Shown here in pieces: positions 1-9,840 of a stretch of 64,000 nt of DNA (its first letter is position 1; every line of letters starts with the position of its first letter). Below the pieces are notes generated by a model. That model had not been told where the DNA came from. It searched no databases and was given only the letters and a program-made list of their open reading frames with translations. The position numbers and the translations under genes were made by a program. Source of the stretch: Patiria miniata (Eukaryota); contig NW_024037060.1 in NCBI RefSeq assembly GCF_015706575.1, forward strand, positions 2,792,515 through 2,856,514. The letters run 5' to 3'.

Positions 1-417
1 ATAGAGGACAATAGGGTCCACAATTCCCGAAGGTCCACAATTTGGCGATCGGTTACAAAACAAATGGGAGGTCTTCCTAAAAAGTTAGTACAAACAAAAG
101 AGGGACAATAGGGGGTCCACGATTGAAAGCGTTTACACACTTGCGAGTGTACGGATACACTGGTACACTGCTTGCAAAAGGTTTGCCAAATATATACTTA
201 TAAGAATCCAAAATACCTGTGTATTTTTTGTCGCCCTTGTTTGTCCAGATACTCATATTCATACCCAACAGCCCTGCCAAAGAACTCAAGAGTCTTGTTT
301 CGAAGTCTCAGTTCATACTGTACCACCTTATATTCCAGAAGACTACCGTATTCGAAAGTACTCGGAAAGAGCTTCGACTAGGTCTTTACAATGCTGGTGC
401 TTGCACTTTTTTGTTCA

Positions 418-920
418 CTGTACAGGGTGAGTCAAAAACCGAAACCCAAATGTCGGGACCATTGTTTTAGTGAAGTTCTGCATGTAGCACTTTCAAAATC
501 TAGGACGTGAAAGCCCAATTCATCAGCTTTCTTTTAGTACGCGAATAATTCAAATCACTTATGTAATTTTTAAGTTTAATTTAAAACACAACCACCGTTT
601 TAAAGTTCTGTCCACAGATCACAAAAAGGTGTTCTTACAGCAGAACGAAAACAAATCACGTAGGGATGTGTGCGAATTGTTTCGTTTTGCTGAAAGAACG
701 CTCACTTTTTTTGTGATCTGCGTACAGAACTTTAAAACAGTGGTTGTGTTCAAAATTCCTTGAAAAGTACTTGAGTGATTTGAATGATTCTTGTACTAAA
801 AGAAAGCTTATGAATTGGGCTTTCATATCCTAGATTTTGAAAGTGCTACATGCAGAACTTCACTAAAACAATAGAGTCCAGACATTTGGTTTCGTGTTTT
901 TTTTTACTCACCCTGTACAG
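418..920. repeat. Foldback (near-perfect palindrome) of about 500 bp. The arms of about 250 bp lie at 418-650 and 690-920, are about 88% identical, and are centred near 669.
   Basis: The reverse complement of 690-920 aligns base-for-base with 418-650. The outermost 15 nt (CTGTACAGGGTGAGT) are identical. Those 15 nt also form the 3' end and the GT donor of the CUB exon. Confidence 0.85.
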
Positions 921-1311
921 GAGAAGAAACAAACTTTACCGTTGAAAGCATCCACTTGGAAGACCTTAAAGTGGAAGCCCCTGGCCACGTTGGACGTTCC
1001 AGTCACCAACTGCAACCAGGCCTGGTCGGATTCAATGGTGATATTTAACAGCCACCGGCCATAGCGAACTTCGTTCCGGTAGTAGTAGGACGCCACATCC
1101 AAATCAACCTCGCCCCCAGGCCCCATGAAGACACTGTCATCGTTAATGGACAGGTCCTCCAGGGCGAATATGATGTACTGGCCCGGGGAGGCGGTGAAGA
1201 CCCAGCGGCAGTCGAAGGCACTCGGGTAGCTCATCGGGTAGCTGGGGGAGTACAGATCGTAGACCGTGCCGTTCGATAGGTCCAACTCCGTCGGCCAACG
1301 GATGTCGCACC
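912..1311 (-). CDS. Exon encoding a CUB domain (GCDIRWPTELDLSNGTVYDLYSPSYP...FHFKVFQVDAFNGKVCFFSCTG) of the minus-strand mosaic gene. Phase 1 in, phase 2 out. The donor is GTGAGT at 911-906.
   Basis: The minus-strand translation matches the CUB consensus (C..., SPxYP, C.W, paired Cys). The AG acceptor is at 1313-1312 and the GTGAGT donor follows the exon. The frame is continuous with the upstream FZ exon. Confidence 0.8.
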
Positions 1312-1801
1312 CTACACAAGATCAAATCACCGATTTTTAGAGCAACTGTTTTTGTGCTTTGGATGTTCAACTGTTGTTGATGTGATCAACATGAGAAAGT
1401 TTGTACAATGATATGTAGCCTTGCAATTGACTCCCCACCTCAGATGAATTTCAAGAATCTGCTATAAGCACGAAACTGTGCTATTAGTGGGCGAGTACAG
1501 GATTGTTAATTACCTGCAGATTGCAAACTGCTTGTGACCTTGACAGGGGTCAGGGGTCATGGGTCAGGGTCATGTAATTATATATTTTTGTTTTAGAGCC
1601 AATTATTAATTGACAATGTCACTCTTTCCTCTGCTGTTATTTCTAAACAATGCAGATATCGAAAAAATGCTTTGAAAGATGACGAATCGATAACTGTTGT
1701 CAGGTTGCACAATTGATTGACATTTATTCGCAGCATGAATGGGGGGGGGGGGGGGAACCAGTAAAATAATTGAGACGGATATCCCCAAATCGGGACTATA
1801 C

Positions 1802-2158
1802 CCTCAAATGGTGACCTGCACAATTTAGACTCCTCCCCAGTCGTCGTCTCCGGGTAGCGGTCACAGAAGAAGTTCAGCTCCCTGCCGTCGTGGGCACCTG
1901 CGTAGGGGCCGCTGCACGCCACCTGCACCTCCTGGCAGAAGTCACTGCAGAGGTATCGCGGAGAACCGGACTTGGAGCACTCGGGGAAGAGATATGCGCA
2001 CAGAAACAGTTCAAGGTTCTCGTGGCAGTCCATGATGGCGCTGAAGTCCATGTAAAAATCGATGGCCTCCTCTGCTGTGCTGAAAATGTTGGGGTAAAAG
2101 GTCTGATTGTACGGGAGCAGGGACTGGCACTGGCTGGTCGATATGCTGGCACACTCGT
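1802..2158 (-). CDS. Exon encoding a Frizzled-type cysteine-rich domain (FZ/CRD): YECASISTSQCQSLLPYNQTFYPNIFSTAEEAIDFYMDFSAIMDCHENLELFLCAYLFPECSKSGSPRYLCSDFCQEVQVACSGPYAGAHDGRELNFFCDRYPETTTGEESKLCRSPFEG.
   Basis: The 10-Cys spacing and the conserved motifs (PYN.T, FLC..Y.P.C, PCR/LC..C) of FZ CRDs are seen in the minus-strand translation. The acceptor is ttttaag at 2160-2159. The only phase-compatible donor is G|GTATAG at 1801, which is weak, so the 3' boundary is less certain. Confidence 0.7.
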
Positions 2159-2689
2159 CTTAAAAGAGTACAATAATATTGTAGAGGTTAATACAATAAA
2201 GGCAGGACCATTTACATTTATCCAAAAAGTAACCTTCCGAAATATAATCAAGAAGCTTACTTGGATTTAACATCATACTGGTACGAAATACACAGTGAAA
2301 TTATTCCATCTGGCTTGCTGTCATTTAAGAAGAAATCAAGAAATGTAGGTGATATCCAACGATCAGTCAATTGACTGATTTGTTGAAAGAAAGAGTTCTA
2401 TTACATGCATAGACGAAATCGTGTTTTGTGATCAAAAGATTGTGCATGGTTGTTCACAGTTATTTTCTCTCGAAAAGTGTAATATCTACTGAGCTGAAAC
2501 TTCAACAGGTTAGGTTTTGAATACTCTTTTTAGTATTTTGATTGGTGCTTTAATTGGTAACGTACCAAATGCATGGAAAGCAAATGGTCATTTGTGCCTT
2601 TAATGTGACGCGCATGTCTCCTGTGTGAAGCTAAGAAACAAAACAGGGATTGTAAATGTTCTTAAAAGGCGGGAAACTGGTTAAACTCA

Positions 2690-2803
2690 CAACAGTTGTA
2701 TTCATCCCTAAACCGCGGGCAATCTATGATGTTATTGCAGGTGTCTGAATAGCGGAAGCACTGCGAACCGTAGTTGCAACTCAAGAATCCGTTCTCCTCA
2801 CAA
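2690..2803 (-). CDS. Exon encoding the third LDL-receptor class A repeat (DCEENGFLSCNYGSQCFRYSDTCNNIIDCPRFRDEYNC). Phase 1-1.
   Basis: The exon shows the six-Cys LDLa pattern with a D.SDE-like calcium cage (DCPRFRDE). It has an acceptor tttgcag and a donor GTGAGT. Phase 1-1 is the classic LDLa exon symmetry. Confidence 0.8.
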
Positions 2804-4577
2804 TCTGCAAATAAAAGTAGTTCCCGATCAGTAAAACGTCAAAATACTCGCCCTTTTTATCACAAACGAAAAAATTATGAGAGACACATGTCTTTTCTAG
2901 CAATATTCTCGCATTTGATGCAGGGTTTCTGTCATCAAAGTCTTGTGCTTTAATTCAGATCCTTAGCCACCTGGGTATGGATATATTCAAAGAAAGATGG
3001 TAGACACACACACTTCATCTGAATAAAAGTACCAAGAAGGAAACAGACGCAACCCAATACTTGAGCTTGTTAATATCAATTTTTCTATTATGAAACATGT
3101 ACTAAAATCTCATTTTTTTCGGGGGTGGGGGCTGTGTTGTGTTACTGTTAAAAGTGCGATATAGTTAATCTGTGGTATACTGTCAAGAATCCATGTTGTA
3201 ATGCTTCGGGGGACAGTAGATTTGTTGCTGTCATGACCAACAAAATACCACAATAACTTCTCATTTTGTATACCTTTAGCCTGTATGTGTTTTACAATTT
3301 CGGGGGATCAGTCCGACGGAAAGTTCGTTTGGACTGCAGTAAATAGAAATGCTACCCCCCAGAATATTTGTCAACCGAGTCGTGAATGATGGAGGTATTT
3401 ATTTGAAATGGCACAAGCCTCGGCAGGAACCATGATCCCCATAAATGTATCACGATCCGATAGCTTAGAGGTTGATATTCCTGACCCATTTTAAGGCTCC
3501 TAAGACGTCTATTACTATTCCCAGACCGTCGGGAACATGTTCCGTGTCGCCTTTGACCACCCCATGTCATGTTTTATTTATCGCTTGTTTATAAAATAAC
3601 TTTGATCTGCGATACCACTGCTTTAACATGTCCCCCGTGCTGGCTTTGTGCGAACATAAAAAGAAGCAGAACATTTTTTTAAAGTTCAGTTGGAGGAATG
3701 AAACACAAGACTAGCTCCGACGGCAAGGACCGTCGCTCAGGGAACGAACAGATCAATTTATTAGGCCTGCTGGGATTGGAAGTGGGGGCAAGTAGGTTGC
3801 CACAAATGCCAACCAGTCAACCTGTTCATCGTTGACTGCCTTAACAAAACGGTAGCTGCCAAAATGCCTTCATGCCCGGTCTGATTAAATTTAGTTGACT
3901 ACTTCTGACCAAATTAAACGCTCGATATTGTCATTGTAGGTTGGACTTGTCAAGTCGACAACTGGGATGCAGTTCGTCGTGGTGGGTCCCTTCGCTGGTT
4001 ACCAATAGTCACGCACATCGTCAGGGAGAGTGTCGATAACGTTTGACTATCCTAGGATGCGTTCCATTTACGCGAACAAACGCAAACGTAATTGCCAACG
4101 TTTCCCAGTTGGCTGTAAGATTGTACAAACAGATTTCAAACGTTGGCAACGTTTGCTTAATGCATGTGCACCCCTGATAACGTTTGACTATCGTTCGACT
4201 ATCCGGTTCGTTAGTAAAAACGTTATACATGCGCGCGCACCACTGATTATACTAGCGCCCATTGGATAAACACTCAAGATGCGTTAGCTTCCGGTTCCAA
4301 TGGTTCCAATGCTACTTAACCGAGTGGGTTTTGTTTATACTGAACTGACGTTGCACAACTAACCGGATATATTTGCGTTTTAACGCAATCGCGCAAGCGC
4401 AACATACTGTACGTCACGATTCAACAGCTATATTCAGTCAACTTTCCTTACTTGCACTTCCTCCCTAAATACATTACGGCATCTTTACGGTTTCCAATGC
4501 TTGTCATGAGGGTTTTATTTATATTTTTTTGTTTTATATATCAATTTTTTTTTTTTTTAATGATGACAGATACTTAC

Positions 4578-4694
4578 CGTCGCAATATCTTTCATCTTCG
4601 AAGTCATCGCAGTGCTCTATCCCATCGCATACAAAGGAGACCGGTAAACACTTTGTGTCATCACACGGGGACAAAAAGTCCTCTTCCAAGCAGT
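4578..4694 (-). CDS. Exon encoding the second LDLa repeat (DCLEEDFLSPCDDTKCLPVSFVCDGIEHCDDFEDERYCD). Phase 1-1.
   Basis: The LDLa consensus includes CDG..HCDD.EDE. It has an acceptor ...caccag and a donor GTAAGT. Confidence 0.85.
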
Positions 4695-5053
4695 CTGGTG
4701 ACGAAAAATTAGAGATATATCACAAATGGTTTGACTCATAATGCATCAAACGACGCATACAAAGGCGGGCTCATACTCGAACGCGAACGCCGCGAATTTA
4801 TGACGTCACGGAAAGTTTTCGCGCTGCGAATTCGCAAAGGTTGAGTTCACTTCAACTCCAGCGAGTTTCTCAGCGAATGTTTCCCGACATCAACTTCACT
4901 TCCAATTCGCATGCAGTATGAACCGGGCTTATTAAAGAGAAGATTTTTTTGTTTCAAGCCAAAGTCAGAGACCAAGCCGAGATTTGGCAATCATCATTTC
5001 ACCTATCAAATGCAGTTATTTAACTGTGGACAAGATACCTTCAACGAGTTATT

Positions 5054-5677
5054 TCGTCACCGACACCACGAACTGACACCCAGTGGTCAGCGTTGCAGAA
5101 ATACAAATCGGAGAAAAACGCTTTTAAAGGTTTGACAAGAATTTACTCAGTAAAATAATCCATCCATCTTAGAGGTTTTAGTATCACTTAACTTGAAAAT
5201 GCTTTAACAACTCAATTATAAACGTTAAATTGTGAAAATATGCTCAGTTAATTAGCAATTAAATGATTAAGATGGGTGTCAGTTCGTGAAAATTGACGTA
5301 ATTTGGGAGAGTGCGCGCACACACTGCGCATGCGTGCGCGCACTCTCCAAAAGCACGTCAATTTTCGTTTTCACGAACTGACACTCTCTAACGCTATTGC
5401 ATGCGCGCACTCTCCGAAAACACGCAAATTTTGGTTTTCACGAACTGACACCCTGTGCAGAGTCACTTCGTGGTAACAAAAACACAAGAATTGACCAATT
5501 TCTTGAAAATTCATTATTAAAATTTGCTTACTTTAGATGATTTTAGCAATTTTAACTTCGTCATGTTAAACTTCATGATACAAACTGCTAATATCGGCCA
5601 AAAAAGAAAATTTGAATTTTTAAATTTTTTGGTACACATGTGATGCAGAGGGTGTCAGTTCGTGGTGTCGGTGACGA
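5054..5677. mobile_element. MITE-like element of about 620 bp with 26-bp perfect terminal inverted repeats (CGTCACCGACACCACGAACTGACACC). It carries internal palindromic sub-repeats and lies in an intron of the mosaic gene.
   Basis: The TIRs lie at 5056-5081 and 5650-5675 and are exact reverse complements. Internal copies of GTGTCAGTTCGTG occur at about 5277, 5380 and 5440. ATTT on both flanks is a possible target-site duplication. Confidence 0.7.
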
Positions 5678-5732
5678 TTTGTTAACCATCTTGATAATAA
5701 GCGATTCAAAACATACAGAACATAGTTCTAAC

Positions 5733-5843
5733 CGTCGCATAACGATTCGTCACTAGCATCAGCACATGATGGAACGCCGTCACAAACCAACGCGTCAGAG
5801 ATGCATGTTCCGTCATCGCAACGCCACTCATCCGGTTCACAAT
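5733..5843 (-). CDS. Exon encoding the first LDLa repeat (DCEPDEWRCDDGTCISDALVCDGVPSCADASDESLCD). Phase 1-1.
   Basis: The LDLa consensus includes CDG...C.D.SDE. It has an acceptor ctctctacag. The donor G|GTTAGA is non-optimal, and an in-frame TAG immediately downstream forces that boundary. Confidence 0.75.
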
Positions 5844-7645
5844 CTGTAGAGAGAAAAAAAAACCAAACTGCTTAAAATATCAAATCTTTTTAGCGCCATT
5901 GGGCATTTGTCCAATTACAGACAGACGCTCCCTCGACACTGTGTGAACTCTTCTTTGTCTAACCATCAAAAATTTGTGTCGATTTTAAAACTAATATTAC
6001 TGCTCATTCCTTTAATCATCAATCTGGAAATTAGTTTTGTTTTTCAACAGACAGTTACTACTTAGGGGCGGATGTGAGCTGACTTTTAAACAAAGCTTAA
6101 CAAGACCTAATAATCTAGTAGGCCTATAACAACGTTCTGGAGCCAGAATTGTCGCGGGCATACTAAAGGCAAGCTTGGTTTCTTCACAAAGCCAGAGAGA
6201 GGGTTAAAAATTAAAAATTTCTCCAAAATGAAAATACTCATATACGCCTGAAACATTGTCGGACCGCAAATTATTCGAAATATTTAACTGAATATTCCAT
6301 AACTAAACGCAGGGGTTTTTTTGGTTGGATGTAGGCTAATTTTTGAATTGCTATAATAGAAAATTAGTACTTTAACAAACAAAATCACAAAATTCTCTGC
6401 GATATCTTTATAGCAAGTGTACTAAATCGGCTCAGCTTGCCAGTTCGTAAAACGTATAAAGGTTCATACACAGTGCCTCGGCGCAAATTGATAAAGGAGG
6501 TCATCCTTTTAGCCCTCGCCGATTTCAAAATGACAAAGTACTCAAGAAATTTCATCACCTTTTGATCCCCGGGATGAAATTTTGATTGAATCGGAAAAGT
6601 TAATTACAAAGTCAGAGCAAGCAACTGGGTGATTCATTTTTGCCTAAAGACGCGCCGACCGGAACTAATAATGTCCGGTAGAAATAAGAAGATGAAAAAG
6701 GGATCAAAAATTGTTTGAAACTGCCCGCAAACTGGGTATGGGCCGGGCAGGGTTAATCCCGTTTGATAACCGGACGTATCATTATGGCACGTGTTTTAGC
6801 CATTGGATCGAGGATCAAAAAACCCGATCGACAAATCGTCAAGTTCAAAGTTGTGTACAAATTAGTAATATATTGCTTTTACGGGTGTTGGACTAAGGGT
6901 CATTTTGATATTTTTTTTTCTGTCGCTCGGCTGCGAGACACAAATATGTGGAATCGTTCAGTTCAGTTGAGCCACCTTTACAATTTGTTTGCCAAGCCCT
7001 TAGTCAGAAAGTCTTCAGAGCATACGAGACGATTGCAGGATGCGGTTCAAGTGACAAGTGTGGCCGTATACAGTGTGTGACTATTACAAAATATGAGTCA
7101 CGATTGTGCACGGCCAATAGATTTTGGCAGCAAAAAAAATATTGGCTCTTTGTCGTGTTTCAATAGATGCAGGTGAATGTTTCTGTGACAAGGTTTGCTT
7201 AAACAAAGCAAGTAAAAGTAAGCACGTTTAGTCGTTTAAAGAAACATCCCATATCATACAATCGTACCAGTGGGATATTTTCATAAATTGTGAGCTGCAA
7301 CGCAATGTCGTAAAGTTGGGAAAGCTCACAGAAATGTTATATAATTTATTCAAAATTATATTACTCACGACGCGGGGGGACTCAACTGGGTATATAACAA
7401 CACTGCCTCACATTTGTCTTCCTAAAATGCTGACCAGGGGCACGGGGAGTTGGGGTTGAGGCCTCGAGCGGGGGAGGGCGTGCTTCCAAGCCCGCACCCC
7501 ACCTCTTACATACACGAATGAATTCAACATTGTGGAAGAAGTAAACTCCTTACACTCAAAAGCAAAATAATACAATGAAAATTGAGTGCTCAAATCCAAG
7601 GTCGGTTCTTCGAATGGGAATTAAATACGCTGGCCTCACACATAC

Positions 7646-7897
7646 CTAAAACTGACACAAGAAAGGTGCAGACAGCTTCGTTGCCGGACGGGTCGACGGC
7701 CCGGTACGTGACGTTGGTGGTAGTGCCCCGGGCAAACATGTCCCCGGGCCGGTGGGAAGACGTCAGGTTGACCCGCTCCGAGTTGTCCGTGGCCGTTGGC
7801 GTCTCCCAGCTCGCGCTGATGTTTTCCGCTTCACTCTCATAATGGACGGTAGCGGTGGCTTGACGTGGGCAGTTTCTGAAGACGGGCTTGACATTAT
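7646..7897 (-). CDS. Exon encoding a HYR (hyalin repeat) domain (DNVKPVFRNCPRQATATVHYESEAENISASWETPTATDNSERVNLTSSHRPGDMFARGTTTNVTYRAVDPSGNEAVCTFLVSVL). Phase 1-1.
   Basis: HYR hallmarks are seen: P..F..CP, W..P.ATDNS, SH.PG, VTY.A.D.SGN...C.F.V.V. It has an acceptor tatgccag and a donor GTATGT. The frame joins the TM exon upstream and the LDLa exon downstream. Confidence 0.8.
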
Positions 7898-8326
7898 CTG
7901 GCATAAAAATGGTGTAAAAACGTTAATCCATGGCCCCATTTGGCTAAATCTTTAATTGAGATATTGGTCCTTAATTGTTCTTATTAATACAAGCACCAAA
8001 TCGACAAAACGGTGGAGTCACAACAAATAATTTGAATTATCCGGATGGCAAAAAAACCCAACAACAACAAGGTATACTTGTATTTTCTACGCAAAATTTG
8101 TATCCACATTCTCTGAAGAAAAACTGGACATAAATTTAAGTAACTTGCCTACGTGAGGGTTTGCAATGAACCACGGGATATTGAGCAAAACGTACAGAGC
8201 AAACCCATGTACCGGGGGAAAAAATGAGCGGAGAACCAGTCAAAGCCATAATGTACATCATGGCTTTTGACTTAAAATATTTTTCATTGTTTGCTAGGCA
8301 TTTATTCTTATGCTTAGCAGCGTTGG

Positions 8327-8513
8327 AGTACTCGTACTCGTACTCGAGTACAACTCGAGTCCACTCAAGTACTCGGCCCGTACTCGACCATCAGTACTCG
8401 AAAATTATTTGGACTCGGCCCGTACTCGATTCTTTGTACTCGAATTTTGGCACGGACTCGTTGGTTTGGACTCGGTACTCGACCCCTGAACTCGGGAGTA
8501 CAAATCGAGTACA
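8327..8513. repeat. A dense cluster of about 15 copies of a (T)ACTCG(A) heptamer-like motif, including the palindrome TACTCGAGTA, within about 190 bp. A 20-bp higher-order duplicate is also present.
   Basis: The motif was counted directly in the sequence. GGACTCGGCCCGTACTCGA occurs twice. The supplied ORF 8224-8778 is an artefact of this repeat. Confidence 0.8.
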
Positions 8514-9644
8514 TTTCTTTTTTTATCGATTCCATTGCAACCTGGAACTCAAGTCGTTACCAGTGAGACCATATCGGAATTTTTCCCAAGTTAGGATTTT
8601 GCTTGGGAAAAATTTGCTTAGTAAATTTTGTACCCAAGGCTCCATAAAATTTTGGTCCCACGACGTTGGGTCACAAGCAACAAAAGACAACGACTCTAGA
8701 CACTACTCAGAGATTGCCACAAAAAAGGTCATAAAAAGTAAGTCAAGAGCTATTCGTCTTTTTGAAAATCGATCATGAAAACAACGTCTCAATTGTGGAT
8801 CTCTTTCCTTTAATTTGAAGGCGATACTCCTCCAATTATGATTCTGTCTCTTATTTCTCCTGTCATTTTGAGCTCCGCGCCCCCGCTATGGAACCATGTT
8901 TACAGAAGCTATCCGTAATAGTCCCCCACCACCACCATCCCCCAAAATACGAAGCGTCGCCAGACACAACATCCTCGAGTTACAGAGCACTCGCTGCAAT
9001 ATTACCACTTCACCTGGGAAGACTTAATGAACCAGGGGTCAGACGCTCGCAACATCCTCCCCGACTCCAATCAAGCACGGCATGCCAAAAATGTTATCAC
9101 CGTGATTCTCGTAATCATGTTATTTATACCGTGCGTCATGTTGTCTCGGAATGAGATTCTGACAGAGGCAACATGATTGAAGCGTAGGAAGTCGTTGGTG
9201 TATATTTGGCATTAAAGGAGCACGGGAAGATTGTATTTTTTTCTTGAGTATGAGACTAAGAAGAGGATGATGATCACAATTCATCATTTTGAGTTCGTTC
9301 TTGGTAGCAAGGTCACGATATTGCGTTTGAGCTTTTTGTATATTTTCTGGTTTGGGCTATTGGGCTTTTTACACAGTTCCGTAGAAAGACGGGCCGGGGT
9401 AAAGACAGAAAATGCCCGAATTTGTTCAGTCAATAAATTCATTAGAAATTCATTTAGAAAGTGCCAGGAATGAAGCCGAACGCCATTGTGTACAGTATTA
9501 CTCCATCAGGAACAGCGCCCCGAGCGTCAAATGATTTCAAGCCATGATCCCCGGGTAAAAAAATGCTATTATATATGCTACTGGACAATTTCAATCTTAC
9601 TGGGAACAAACCGCAATCTCGTTTACCAAAAGAAACAAACTCAC

Positions 9645-9840
9645 CTCTTGTAGCGAAAACTAAAACTATAGCGATGACTACGATCAGAATGATGAGGGCC
9701 ACCAACACAGCAGTGACGACCTTCAACTTGAAGAACCTAGGTGATTTGGGCTGTCTCGTCTTAACGTTCGCCCCGTTCGCCTCGAACGCTTTGGTGTTGT
9801 TCGGCTCGTCGTCGATCTTGAAGTTCTCGACAGCTACACC
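9645..9840 (-). CDS. Exon encoding a basic juxtamembrane stretch plus a transmembrane helix (…KSPRFFKLK VVTAVLVALIILIVVIAIVLVF ATR). The cytoplasmic side is positive-inside, which gives the mosaic protein type II (N-in) topology.
   Basis: A 22-residue hydrophobic segment is preceded by K/R-rich sequence. It has an acceptor taatttcag and a donor GTGAGT. Phase 1 out matches the HYR exon. The start codon and the N-terminal exon(s) were not located and probably lie upstream of 9840. Confidence 0.65.

Noticed and set aside
1593-2270. Supplied ORFs 1874-2251 (minus), 1890-2270 (plus) and 1606-1788 (minus) around the FZ exon.
   Set aside because: These are alternative frames or strands of the FZ-domain exon region. 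Only the frame that gives the 10-Cys Frizzled CRD and joins the LDLa and CUB exons in phase is retained.
8224-8778. A 184-aa plus-strand ORF.
   Set aside because: It starts in and spans the TACTCG heptamer cluster. It has no codon structure or homology and most likely reflects the repeat.
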